From assembly GCF_006345805.1 (NCBI RefSeq), contig NC_043003.1, positions 61,504,001-61,568,000 on the forward strand: a stretch of DNA of 64,000 bases. The letters are read 5' to 3'. Under the pieces are notes generated by a model. The model was given only the letters and a program-made list of their open reading frames with translations, did not search any database and was not told where the DNA came from. This stretch comes from Octopus sinensis (Eukaryota). The position numbers and the translations under genes are program-made. This document shows positions 26,710 to 40,211 of the stretch, one piece after another. Every line of letters starts with the position of its first letter. The stretch's first letter is position 1.

Positions 26710-27426
26710 ATCATCATCGTCATCATCGTCGTTTAACGTCCGTTCTCCATGCTAGCATGGGTTGGACGGTTCGACCGGGGTTCTGGGAAGCCAGAAGGCT
26801 GCACCAGGCTCCAGTCTAATTTGGCAATGTTTCTACAGCTGGATGCCCTTCCTAACGCCAACCACTCCGTGAGTGTAGTGGGTGCTTTTTACGTGCCACC
26901 TGCACAGGTGCCAGGCGGGGCTGGCAACGGCCACGGTCAGATGGTGTATTTTATGTGCCACCGGCACGGAAGCCAGTCGAGGCGGTTCTGGCATCGGCCA
27001 CGAGTCGGATAGTGCTTTTTACGTACCACCAGACCCATCATCATCATCATCATCGTTTAACGTCCGTTTTCCATGCTAGCATGGGTTGGACGATTCGACC
27101 GGGGTCTGGGAAGCCAGGAGGCTGCACCAGGCTCCAGTCTGATCTGGCAGTGTTTCTACAGCTGGATGCCCTTCCTAACGCCAACCACTCTATGAATGTA
27201 GTTGGTGCTTTTTAATTGCCACCGGCACAGGTGGCAGGGGAGACTGGCAACAGCTACGATCGGTTGGTGCTTTTTACGTGCCACCAGCACAGAAGCCAGT
27301 CAAGGCAACGCTGGAATTGGCCATGTTTGGATGGTGCTTTTTACGTGCCCCCGGGATGGAAGCCAGTCAAAGCGGCACTGGCATCGGCCACATTCAGATG
27401 GTACTTCTTACATGCCACCGGCACGA

Positions 27427-27427
<1 letters not shown>
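26710..27427 (-). mobile_element. Two RTE 3' ends in tandem
   Basis: Two well-preserved terminal segments (26710-27035 and 27036-27427), each with a (GAT)n tail and 60-bp repeats. Confidence 0.8.
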
Positions 27428-27470
<43 letters not shown>

Positions 27471-28206
27471 ATAAACATACATATAATATGAATATGCATA
27501 TACATGTATGTACGTGTGTACATATATATATATATATATATATGGGCGCAGGTGTGGCTGAGTGATAGGAAGCTTGCTTACCAACCACATGGCACCAGGT
27601 TCAGTCCCACTGCATGGCTCCTTGGGCAAATGTCTTCTACTATAGCCTCAGGCCAACCACAGCCTTGTGAGGGGATTTGGTTGACAGAAACTGAAAGAAA
27701 GAAGCACGTTGTGTGTGTGTCTGTGTTTGTCTTCTCACTATCACTTGACAACTGATACTGGTGTGTTTACATCCCTGTAACTTACCAGTTCAGCAAAAGA
27801 AACCAATAAAATGCAGTGGAACTGAACCTGGTACAAAGAATAAGTCCTGGCGTTGATTTGTTTGACTAAAGTTGGTGCTCCAGCATGGCCGCAGTCAAAT
27901 GACTGAAACCAATACAAGAATAAAAGAATATATATATATGTATGCACACACATATATTTGTATGTGTGTATGTATGTATATATGTATATATGTATATGTG
28001 TTGCCTCAGCATGGCCACTGTCTGATGACTAAAACAAGTAAAAGATACAAAGATACACTGAGAAAATGAGAAAGAGGGAGAGGAGGAGAGTGTTTTGTGT
28101 GTGTGTGTGAGAAAGAGAAGAGAGATCTACGGATGCTGCCTAAACAGGTAAATAAAAAGATCTCAACAGAAGCTAAACAGCACAACTGAAATATTTTACA
28201 CACACA

Positions 28207-28247
<41 letters not shown>

Positions 28248-29074
28248 AGTAAATGTATATACAAGTGTGTGTGCATTATGTGAATATATGCAATTGGATA
28301 TATTTTACATAAGCAATCAGGAAGCAAGTGAAAAATTTAAGCGTGAATCAGGCTGGAATTGAACTCAAGTCCCTTATCAATCTAAAGGCAACCAAATACC
28401 ATAGTTGATGCTAATCGACAATTTTTTTTAAATTCTATTTTTACAAATTCCAACAATCAGAATCATTGTTATTTCATATATTCCTCAAGACTGCATTACA
28501 CTAGAATGACCTGACCTTGCTGATAAGGTATCACCACAATTTTAAAAATATTTTCTCAAGCCTAAAGGCAGTGAGCTGGCTGAATCATTAGCAGGCTGGA
28601 ACTTAGTAACATCTTCTGCCTTGACATTTTGAGTTCAAATCCCACCGTGGTCGACTTGGCCCTTCATCCTTTCAGGTTCAATAAAATAAGTACCAGTTGA
28701 ATACTGGGATCAATGTAATCAACTTATACCACCCCCTTTCCCTTGTTGCCTTTGTGCTAAAACATTGAATCCAATATTTTCTTGAGCCATAACCCATATA
28801 TACTCCTGGTTGCGTTTTTGCAACGCAAAACCTGCTCCTACATGTGTTGGACATGAACTTACCAGGAAGCATCTGACTGAACATGCGAAATGTTCAGTAG
28901 GTAGTCGACACCCATAGCTAACAGTTGCATACTGTCCTTCTCTTACAGATTGTGAAAGCTTACCATAATGTTTAATCTAAATACAGAGAAATTTTAAGAC
29001 TTCATCTTTTTATGGGCATATATAGTTTAAGACTTATAAACCCAGTGACTCAGTTTCCATGGTATGTAAGTGAC

Positions 29075-29299
29075 GAGCTGGCAGAATCGTTAGCACGCCG
29101 GGCGAAATGTGTAGCTGTATTTCGTCTGCTGTTACGTTCTGAGTTCAAATTCCGCTGAGGTCGACTTTGCCTTTCATCCTTTCGGGGTCGATAAATTAAG
29201 GACCAGTTACGCACTGGGGTCGATGTAATCGACTTAATACCTATGTCTGTCCTTGTTTGTCCCCTCTATATTTAGCCCCTTGTGGGCAATAAAGAAATA
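29075..29299 (+). mobile_element. tRNA-headed SINE, family A, full length with TSD
   Basis: A box TGGCAGAATCGTTAGC, B box GAGTTCAAATTCC, central GCCTTTCATCCTTTCGGGGTCGATAAATTAAG (resembles the Meta/Sauria-SINE domain as I recall it); 14-bp TSD GGTATGTAAGTGAC (29061 and 29300). Confidence 0.88.
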
Positions 29300-31665
29300 G
29301 GTATGTAAGTGACTGAGATCACAACATTCCCCGCTGAGTGGAATGCCAGTCCATTGTTGGATTCAGAGGCAGCAATTCTGAAGTACATGAGTGGTGCTTT
29401 ATTTTATCATCTCCAAAGGAATGAAAGGCAAAGTCAACCCCAGCAGTATTTGAACTCAAAACAAAAAGAGCTGGAAAAATGTTGCAAAGCATTATGTCTC
29501 AAATGCTTATGATTCTACCAGGTTGCTGTCTTATCACTGCATATACATAGGAGGAAAATTGATAAGCTATAGGCTTATGGCTTGATTTTCAAACAAGCAG
29601 CAGGCATTTTTGTTGTAGTCCTGAGCCTCTCTCCCTCATCATCAAAGAGAAGGTCACTCATGATAAGCTGATATCCTAGCCTGGACAGCTGGCAGAATCA
29701 TTAGCATGCCGGCCGGAATGCTTAGTGGTATTTCGGCTGCCGTTACATTCTGAGTTCAAATTCCACTGAGATCGACTTTGCCTTTCATCCTTTTGGGGTC
29801 AATTAAATAAGTACCAATTAGGCACTGGGTTTGATGTAATCGACTTAATTGCTTTATCTGTCCTTGTTTGTCCCCTCTATGTTTAGCCACCTGTGGGCAA
29901 TAAAGAAATAAATACTACTGTAGACGGTACTAATCTTATTTAATCTTACACTTTGTGTGTGTGTGTGTGTATATGTGTGTGTGCGCGTGTGTGTGTGTAT
30001 GTGTGGGTGTGTGTGTGCTTGTGTCCGTGCGTGCGCGTGTGTGTGTGTGTGTTGGTGTGTGTGTGCATGTATGTTTGTATCCTGACATCACATGATAGGT
30101 GTATATGAATGTCACAGTCATGCAAGCAGTGTCCAATATTATGCGAAACCATGTCAGCTTGGAAACAGGTGAAAGTTAGCAACAGGAAAGGCATCCAACT
30201 GTAGACATTCTGCCTTGAATAAACTCTCTCCGATTGCATGCACGCATAGAAAAGTGGACATTAAAACAACAATGATGATGACAATGATGGTGGTGGTGGT
30301 GGTGGTGGTGGTGGTGGTGGTGGTAGTGGTGGCGGCAGCAATGATGACAGTGGTGGTGTTGACACTGATGATGATGATAATGATACTTACCTGATGTACA
30401 ATTCCATATATTACCGAAATATCATAACTTACATTAACATTTGCTAACTTTAATGAATAAACAACATAGATTCATTCCGATATTATCATTATTATTATCA
30501 TTATTATTATCAATATCTAAAAAAATTTTTATCTTGCTTTTAAACTTACAAACTTTCCATTGTTTCACTATATATTTTTTTCATTTATTAACAAATGTAA
30601 ACTAATTTTAAATTATTCTCGTTTGTTTGTCCTGCACTTTGATATGCGATGTTATATTGTGAAAATTACTTTCTTCTGTTGGGACTTTTTTTATTCTAAC
30701 ATGTTTTGTCTGTTTTATCTGGTATTGTGTAATTGCCATATGCAACATTTTCCACCTGCATGACGAACCATGAAAGAAAAACATAACAAAATGTCAACAT
30801 GTCTATATACATGTATGTCCATGTGTATAAATGTATAAATGCATGTGTGTATATGTGTCTATGTCTGTGTATGTCCATGTGTATGTGTGTGTGCGTCCAT
30901 GTGTATAAATGTATAAATGTGTGTGTGTGTGTGTGTGTGTGTGTTTGTATCTGTGTGTATGTGTAGATATATCATCATCATCATCATCATCATCATTATT
31001 TAACATCTGTGTTCCATGGTCGCATGCAATGGCTTAATCAACAGGATCTAACTAGGCAGAGAGCTGCATTCGTCTCCAGGGTCTGCTTGGGCAAGGTTTC
31101 TATGGCTGGTGGTGGCTTTATTTTTTTATTCTTTTGTGGCACCAGTACCAGTGAGGTCACCGAATGACTGTCAAAACAAGACTCTTGGACAGAAGTGGGC
31201 TGCAGTAGAGAGATGGCTTTGTGCTAGCAGTAGAGAGGCTAAAAGTAAGAAAGAAGGACAAGAATAAGTGTCTTGTTGCAGAAGGAAAGGGAGAAAGAAT
31301 AGTGGAGATGAAGTATCAGGATCCCCATCATCACGTGTCTTCCCCATTCCCCATGACTGCCCCACACTCTTACAACCTACCCAACCACATGTTGCCTTCT
31401 TCACCAGTAGATTGGAGAGCAAGTGAGCAGGTTTGTGCTTTTTGGTGGCAAGGGCAATCCTGGATCAGTAGAGTTCTTTGATTGGCCCTAATTGGAGTTT
31501 CTCCTGTATCAAGAGGATTGCATCACTCATCTTATCACATACTTTTATTGCATTTCACTTCTTTTTCCATTTCTTTCTCCTCATCCTTTATCTAAATTCT
31601 CACACAAATTCTTATCTGTCCTTGTGATGTCTCCTCTCATCTACGCACCCATAGCCAATGAAAGC

Positions 31666-32544
31666 AATTATTATATGAAGACTCATAGCTTATTTTGCTG
31701 CACATAATGGAAAGTGTCAGCCAGCAGACTAAGGTGACCCTTATTTTACTGGTCATGCTTCAAGAACCCTGCAAAGAATTCTTGCAGTTCCAAGCAATGC
31801 TTATTTTTGTAGGTGTTCTACCCTCACACTTGCACCAGATCTTTCTTTCAGCCATGTTGGTCATTGAGTGTTGATACTTCCACGTGCACCAGTTACTATT
31901 GGTATCACGTCTACTCTCTTCATTGACCACAACCTTTGTATTTCCCACTTTAAACCATCATAATTGTTTATTTTTTCTTCTTCTTTCATGTTGATCCTGT
32001 TGTCATTAGGGCAAGCTAAGTTGATTATCATACATGTTTTTTTTTTTATTCACTACAACAATGTCCAGTTTCCAATGTCTGGTTGAGTGATCGCACTGGA
32101 TCATTGCATCCCACAGGATTTTGCAATTCTCATTTTCGGTGACTCATACTGGAGTTCGCTCATACCACGTCCTTGCTCTTTGGAAGCTGTAATTTCCACA
32201 GAGTCCCCAATGGATCATTCTTTCAACATTGTCATGGCATCTTTTGTATTTGCATTGTGCCAATTTCGGGCATTCGCTAACAATGTGCCATACCGTTTCA
32301 TCCCTCTCATCATACATTCTGCATTTGTAGTGATGTCTATTTCTGCACTTCATATAGTTGGTCCTTAACACTCGTTCCTGAGCTGTGCATATGAGTGCTT
32401 CTGTCTCTATCTCCAGGTCACTCCTCGCCATCCATAGCCACCGGTCTTCTGTATCTGTCTTGGCATTCACATCTCTTGCAAACTGACCATACATTTTCTT
32501 TTCCTTCCATACTTTTTCTTTTTTTTTGTTCTTCTTTAGTTTAA

Positions 32545-32545
<1 letters not shown>
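31666..32545 (-). mobile_element. 5'-truncated R4/Dong-type (restriction-like endonuclease) LINE fragment
   Basis: WKEKKMYGQFAR...ETEALICTAQ...CRMYDERDETVWHIVSECPKLA...KRCHDNV..IHWGLC (CCHC knuckle region), then ENCKILWD...LDIVVVNK...IPIV..LLGTARIL with stops and frameshifts. Confidence 0.85.
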
Positions 32546-32604
<59 letters not shown>

Positions 32605-32935
32605 GTTATTACTCTTATTATGGTTGGCGTTAGGAAGGGCATCCAGCTGTAGAAACACTGCCAGATCTGACTGGCCTGGTGCAGCCTTCGGGCTTGCCAG
32701 ACCCCAGTTGAACCGTCCAACCCATGCTAGCATGGAAAGCGGACGTTAAACGATGATGATGATGGTTAAAGCAAAAAAAAAAAGAAAGCCATTGTTATCA
32801 AGTTTATTTTTTGAACTTGTGGAAGGCACACTAGATGCCAAAATATCGTTCACTTGATAACAATGGCACTCTTCTCTTTTTTTGCTTCTATATACCTACT
32901 GGAGGAGTTACCTCAATCCTATAAAATATTATTAC

Positions 32936-32990
<55 letters not shown>

Positions 32991-33777
32991 TTTTTATTAT
33001 TATCATCATCATCATCATCATCATCATTATTATTCTGCTGCTCTTCACCAGCCGATCCCCTTTTTTTTGCACTTTAGTCATCTCCTCTCCCCTACTTCCC
33101 CCAGCTTGTATGTTATTGGTCACCCTTCAACCCCTTCAACCCTACCCAATTTCTATAATTGTCTCCCTCCTCTCTTCCCTGTCTTCCCCTACTTCCCTCA
33201 ACGTCAGTCCTTCATAATATCCACCCCCTAACCCATTCCCATATCTAACCATCTAACTTTCCCTCCATACATCCATACTATTTATCAAAAAGAATTAAAG
33301 GTCCTTCCTGAGCCATAGGACTGGATTCTTAGAGTCTGTGGCATACATATTTTCCCCCTGGATGGAACACCAGTTCATCACAGGATTACTCCTTTTGCCA
33401 ACTGAATGAAGTGGAGCAACATGAAATGAAGTGTCTTGCTCAAGAACACATTATTTGGTCCAGGAATTGAAACCACAATCTTACTATCATGAGCGTAGCA
33501 CCATTACCACTAAGCCTCTCACCTCCACTTACCATCTCTACTCACCTTATGCAACAAGGACCTACTCTGTCCCCACTTGCCTCCACTCTTTCCATCTCTA
33601 CTCACCTTCTAATCATTTTCCCACCCTCTTCTAAATGAGAGTAGTCATGTAGCCCTTATGCAACCAGGACCTACTCTGTCCCCACTTTCACTCATGCTTT
33701 AACCCTTCATTCTCAAGCATAAAGCCATCACCCACTTACACACACACGCACGCACGCACACACACACACACATACAT

Positions 33778-33818
<41 letters not shown>

Positions 33819-34631
33819 CTGTCTCTCTCTCTTTTACTTATACGCACACACACACACTCTCTCTCTCTCTACCTTTCACACACACACACACATAGTCTGT
33901 CTCTCTCTTTCAGACACACACACACACACACACAGAGTCTGTCTGTCTGTCTCTCGCTTTCACTCACACACACACACACACACTCTATCTCTCTCTTTCA
34001 CACACGGTTTTCTCTCTCTCTCTTGCACTCGCACACGCACACTCTATCACTCTCTATCTTTCACACACACACACACACACAGATACACTCTCCAGTGACA
34101 GTGTTCCCCCTCTGCTCACATTGTTTATTACACTTGGTCATTTAAAAAGCTGGTTCCTTTTCCCCCCCGTTATACCCAACAACAACATGACAACACCAAA
34201 CAATCCTAACGATCGCTTTGCATGTGATTGATTATCAACTTGTGAAGTCTTTTCCACTTCAATACTATGCTATTTTTAAGGTGGCAAACTGGGAGACACG
34301 TCACTGCACCAGGTAAAATGCTTGGCAGTATTTTGTCTGGCTTTTACATTCTGAGTTCAAATTCTGCTAAGGTCAACTTTGTCCTTCATCGTTTTGTTGG
34401 TGGTGGTGGTGGTCGTGGTCGTGAGGGGGGGGGACAATAAAAAGTACCAGTTGAGAATTGGGGTTGATGTAATTGACTTACCTCCCCTACTCTGAACTTG
34501 CTGGCCTTGTGCTAAAGCTTGAAACAATTGTTGGTCCTGTTTTTCTCTCTACCTTTGGGATTTGACTAACTTTTCCACCTTGTTTTGCACCTGTGAATCC
34601 ACATGTGTGTGTGTGCATGTGTATATGTATG

Positions 34632-34694
<63 letters not shown>

Positions 34695-36042
34695 GTGTGT
34701 GTGTGTATGTATGTGTGTGTGTGTGTGTATGCATGTATGTATGTATGAATGTATGTATGTATGTATGTATATGTATGTATGGATGGAAGGATTTGTATAT
34801 ACATTTCTATATGCACAACATATGTATATGTAATGATATATATATATATATATTATATATATATATTATATATATATATATATATACATACACACACACA
34901 TAATTATATTATATATACATACACACTCATATACGTATATACATACACATAACTATGCATGCATATGTTCATACATAAATACATTGATATGCTTGCATAT
35001 ACACATACATAAATTATATCTGTGTGTATGTGCACACACAAGCATGCATGCACATGCACACACTCTCTCTCTATCTTTCTTTCTCTCTTACACACACACA
35101 CAAACACACACATACATGCAAGCACCCACACACATACACACACTCTCTGTGTCACGCTCAGACACACAATCTCTCTCTTTCTCTCTCTCACACACACACA
35201 CACAGATACCCTCTACAGTGACAGCATTCCACATCTGCTCACGTTGTTTATTATACTTGGTCATTTAAAAAGCTTTTTTCCTTTTTCCCATTATACTCAG
35301 CTACAACAGATTGTTATTGACAATCATTATGTTAATAGTTAGTCATGTCACCAATTAAAATATCATTTAAATAGCACAGCTCACATTTTGTTTGCTCACG
35401 CTTCTTTATTTTAAATTCTTTTAACGAATCAATCGTTTAATTACTCATTAACTACCTGGGTCAGCTCTGTGTTGTTTCTCAATGCATTCTGGATTACATA
35501 AGGAAAGAGGACAAATAATGAATTTAACTGATTTCCCAACTGCCTCTGCCGTTCCAAACACAGCAGTTGCTAGCTTGGCTTAGATCACCTGCTCTTTTGC
35601 AGACTCAAAACCAACACAATTAATTTCTCGATCATGTTTGACTGGGTTCATTTCCTTAAAAATTTTAGTTCAATATTGTTTATTTTCTGTGTGTGCACAT
35701 CCATCCATCCATCCAGACACAACAACACACACACACACACATACATATATATGCGTATATACACAAAGACACACACATACATACGCACATATATATATAT
35801 ATACTCATAAACATATATACACACAAATACATACGTATATATTTATAAAATTATGTATATGCAATTATACATATAAATATACTCATAAATGTATATATGT
35901 AAATGTATATGTGTTTGTATGTGTGTGTGTGTGTGTATCATATATATATAAATATGTATATATATTATCATATTATCATATATATGTATATATATCTCAC
36001 ACACACAATATATATATATATATATATACACATACATACATT

Positions 36043-36080
<38 letters not shown>

Positions 36081-36094
36081 TATTTATGTATGTA

Positions 36095-36134
<40 letters not shown>

Positions 36135-37061
36135 TATAGTAAATGTGAGTATTAAGTTCATATTAACATATTTAATATAGTGCGCATCAAAAATTTAATG
36201 AAAATTATATTTGCTTGTGAATGCTTATGAAACATCTGAATGAATGAATGAATGAATGAATGAATGAAGGATTAAATGAATGAAGGGATGAACGAATGAA
36301 TATATGTATCTATATATCTGTATGAGTTTCTGTATATATGAATGTGTGTGCATACATAGAATACTATGGGTTTTTTTTCTTTTTAATAAACCCCCATATT
36401 TATCCTTACTGTAAATATTTTCTTGTTAAACCACATGTTTTGCTCTTAGTGGCCAGTAAAATGAGATTAGTATTTTTTTAGCATTTTATCAGAAGCTGAT
36501 TACATGTTTTTTACCTAACACAATGAGAATAGTTAATCCTTATTTGATGATGGCTGTTTCTTTTTAAGCCCAAAAATCACAAGGAAAGGCAGTACGCCCT
36601 AAAGTGGTTCTGTAAACCGGTCCTTAATGCTGCAGGGTTTTTCTTCTGTCCTGTGCTTAGTAGTTTTAGAGTGAGAGTCAGTCCACACAATCCAGTCCCA
36701 CTTTTTTAACTGATGCTTGTACAGTGGTCAAAGACAACTGCTGTGACCAGCAAGCTGTAAGTTTTACTTTAGAGTGGCCACCTCTCGGGTGGATTGCCTT
36801 AGAGGGCTGAAGAGCTGTACATACAGTGGATTTGCTGGGAGGGGCTCAAAGAGGGCACCTGACCAACTGGGGGATTCCTCTCCATGATTTGCCATCCAGA
36901 TTGACTCATCTAGCCTTTTTCCTTTCCCAAGGCCCCTACATGACAATGAGGGTTTGGGCTCACAGTTTCCTGCTAGACCTTAGATATAACTTTAGCCCTT
37001 TCATTACCAGATTTTTCTTGTTCAATAAATTTTGAAAATAATGAAGAACTAAGTAAAATAA

Positions 37062-37146
37062 TACACTTCTATATGGCATAGTGGTTAAGAGCACAGGCTA
37101 CTAGCCCCAAGATTCCGAGCTCAATTCCAAGCAGTGACCTGAACAC

Positions 37147-37199
<53 letters not shown>

Positions 37200-37338
37200 T
37201 CGGAAAATACCTTAGGAATGAGAACACATGTTCGAAATTTCCCCATGACACCTGAAGAAGGTTGGAGAGTATATTAGCCAAAACGTTGTGTTAACAACAA
37301 GCAAGATGAGGACAAATATCCGTCAAATGTAAATAATG
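37062..37338 (+). mobile_element. tRNA-headed SINE sharing the 3' module of the Penelope-like element
   Basis: A box TGGCATAGTGGTT, decayed B box, (AAT)n, then the same tail as 40070-40211; flanked by the 12-bp direct repeat TAAGTAAAATAA (37050-37061 and 37339-37350). Confidence 0.8.
37246..37293 (+). ncRNA. Degenerate minimal type-I hammerhead ribozyme motif (probably inactive)
   Basis: TGACAC-CTGAAGA-A-GGTTG(10 nt)TAGCC-AAAAC-GTT-GTGTTA. Helix I is 6 bp, helix II 5 bp, helix III a loop-less palindrome AACGTT; conserved G12 is replaced by A. Confidence 0.6.
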
Positions 37339-38801
37339 TAAGTAAAATAACTTTGTCATTATTAAACTGGGATTTTGGAACATTAATTAGCATGGTATTA
37401 TGAGAGAAGGTTATACTTTAAATTACTTCAAAATAGAACGTTCATATCATTGAACCTGGGGCTGACTCAGGTGGGTTGATATCGAGAGGGTTAAACTGCA
37501 ATTAGTGGGGCACTGGTTTGGATATTTCAGGATTTTGAGGAATCACCTTTTAGTTTCTTGGTCAGCTCTTGAAATCACCTCTTAGCCACTGTTGCTCCCA
37601 TGTCTTCTCTGTCTTAGAATACTTGCATCTTATCCTTATTTATGCTTGTTCCTTCTCAAGCCACACCTGGCTTGTAGGGCCAGTTTCCCAGTTACCTTGG
37701 TGTATAAGTTCCCCACCTGGACAGGTCGCTGGTCCATCGCAGGTGAGCTGCAAATGCAGGAGGAAAGAGTGAGAGAAAGGTGTGGTGAAAGAGTCAGCAG
37801 AAGTTCGCCATTACCTTCTGCCGGAGCCGCGTGGAGCTTAGGTGTTTCACTCATAAGCACACACACCGCCTGGTCAGAGATTCAAACCCGTGATCCCCCA
37901 ACCACGAATCCGCTGCTCTAACCACTAGGCCATGTGCCTCCACATCCTTATTTATAGTATACTCAAAATCAGATAGAACTAAAATAATTTGCTATAATTT
38001 GCATAAAAGTACAAAAATACATCCATGAATCTAAAGTACATTTACTTTTATCCCCATCACCTGAAAAAAAAACTAATATTGAGCAGGCTTCTATTAATTA
38101 ATGTATGCTTGCAATGCTTGCTCTCTTATGTAAATTAGGGTGGCCCAATTGCTCTCTTTCTAAATTTCTGTATAATACGACCAGCTACGCAGTATTTTTT
38201 TTTTTCTGTGGTCAGGAGAATGTGTTACAAGATTCTAGAAAAAGAAATTGCAAAGTGCTAACATTTTCCTGAGCATAGACAGGAGATGAAAAAAAAAAAA
38301 AAAAAAAATATGTTTTAACTACAACATCAAACTTCAAAGAGAAACTAAAAATAAGTTTATCAAAACAACAGTTCTACATGTCAACCTTGCATCTCTAAAT
38401 GCTGTGCAACAGTTCTGCTAATTAATACTCGCACACACACACACACACATGGACACATGCACACACATATGAATGTATACGAATGGCTGTGTGGTAAGAA
38501 GCTTGCTTCCCAAACACATGGTTCTTGGTTTGATCCCATTGCATGGCACCTTGGGCAAGTGTCTTCTATTATAGCCTCCGGCTGACCAAAGCTTGTGAGT
38601 GGATTTGGTAGATGGAAATTGAAAGAAGCCCATTGTATATATATATATAAATGGATGAATGAATTATCCTTTGTTTGCCGTTAACATGGAAAATTCAATA
38701 AACAGTTACCAGGGTAGCAAAATTCATGCAAGTAACAAGGATGTAGTGACCTTTTCAAAGGTAGAAACTCCAGGTTAATGTGCAAATATTTGTATAGTAT
38801 A

Positions 38802-38878
38802 AGTAAATAAATGGAGTTGAATGCAGGTGCTATTCAAATTCTTTGAATAACACTTGTGTTCAACTCCATTTATTTACT
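38802..38878. repeat. 77-nt hairpin (37-bp arms, 3-nt loop)
   Basis: AGTAAATAAATGGAGTTGAA... pairs with ...TTCAACTCCATTTATTTACT. Confidence 0.8.
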
Positions 38879-38970
38879 GATATATATATTATATATATAT
38901 ATATATACTTTATTTAAAAGCAGCAGAAAATTCAACAATATATATATATATATTATATATATATAATATA

Positions 38971-39010
<40 letters not shown>

Positions 39011-39504
39011 GTATATATTTTGTTCCCCACCACCTCCATCACTTGACAACTGATGTTGTTGTGTTTACATCCATGTAACTTAGCTATTCAGCAAAAGAGA
39101 CCCATAGAATAAGTACTAGGCTAACACAGAATAAGTCCTGGGGTCTATTTGTTTGACTTATAGCAGTGCTCCAGCATGGCTCAGTCGAATGACAAACAAA
39201 TAAAAGAAATAAAATATATATATATATCTTTCATTTTGTATTTGTTTCAGTCATTAGACTGTGGCCATGTTGGGGCACCACCTTTAGGAATTATTAGTTG
39301 AATGGATTGACCCCAATACTAATTTTTCTTTTTAAGCCTGGTACTTATTTTATCACTCTCTTTTGCTGAACAGCTAAGTTAATGGGATGTAAACACACCA
39401 ACACCAGTTGTCAAGTAGTGGCAGGGACAAACACACACTCACACACATGCTTATGCATATATACATATACAAACATATATATGACAGGCTTCTTTCAGTT
39501 CTAT

Positions 39505-40038
39505 AAATATCTCCTTCAAATAAAACCACCAATAGAAGAGAATATGACCAAAAATTGTGTGTACTCCATCCCATGCAGCTGTGGTAGGTTATACAAAGGT
39601 GAAACATGCTGCCCCTTCAAAACAAGGGTAGCCGAACATCGCAAAGCTGTGACACGAGGAAATATTTATAAACCAGGTATAGCTGATCATGTATGGAAAA
39701 ATGGAGACCACCTCCCCCTATGGGATGAAGTTAAAAAAATAATAGATAGAAAACACCACCGGAAAATACGAAAACTAAAAGAAGCAGCACATACACTAGG
39801 ACACAACAACCTCCTAAGTAGACCGAGTGCAGATATGAATTACATATAGAAACCGGTATTAAGGAAGGATAGAAAAATATTAGATTTATAAGCCCTAAAA
39901 ATTCACTCCATAATTGCCGACGGTAGTGGTTAAGAGACCGAGTCCAGATATGAATAGTGGTTAAGAGCGCTGGCTACTAACCCCAAGATTCCAAGTTCGA
40001 TTCCAGGAAGTAACCTGAATAATAATAATAATAATAAT

Positions 40039-40069
<31 letters not shown>

Positions 40070-40211
40070 CAACATCGAAAAATACATTAGGAATGAGAAC
40101 CCAGGTTTGAAATTTTCCCAAGTCACCTGGTGAAGCCTGGAAGGTATATCAGCCAAAACATGTTAACAACAAACAATATGAGGACAATTATCCATCAAAT
40201 GTAAATAATGT
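39505..40211 (+). mobile_element. Penelope-like element 3' fragment: GIY-YIG endonuclease, then tRNA-like head, (AAT)n and hammerhead-like tail
   Basis: Peptide CVYSIPCSCGRLYKGETCCPFKTRVAEHRKAV...IADHVWKNGDHLPLWDEVK...RKIRKLKEAAH matches the Penelope GIY-YIG pattern. Inserted in a host SINE with an imperfect ~15-bp duplication AGGCTTCTT[T/A]CAGTT (39486 and 40212). Confidence 0.85.
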
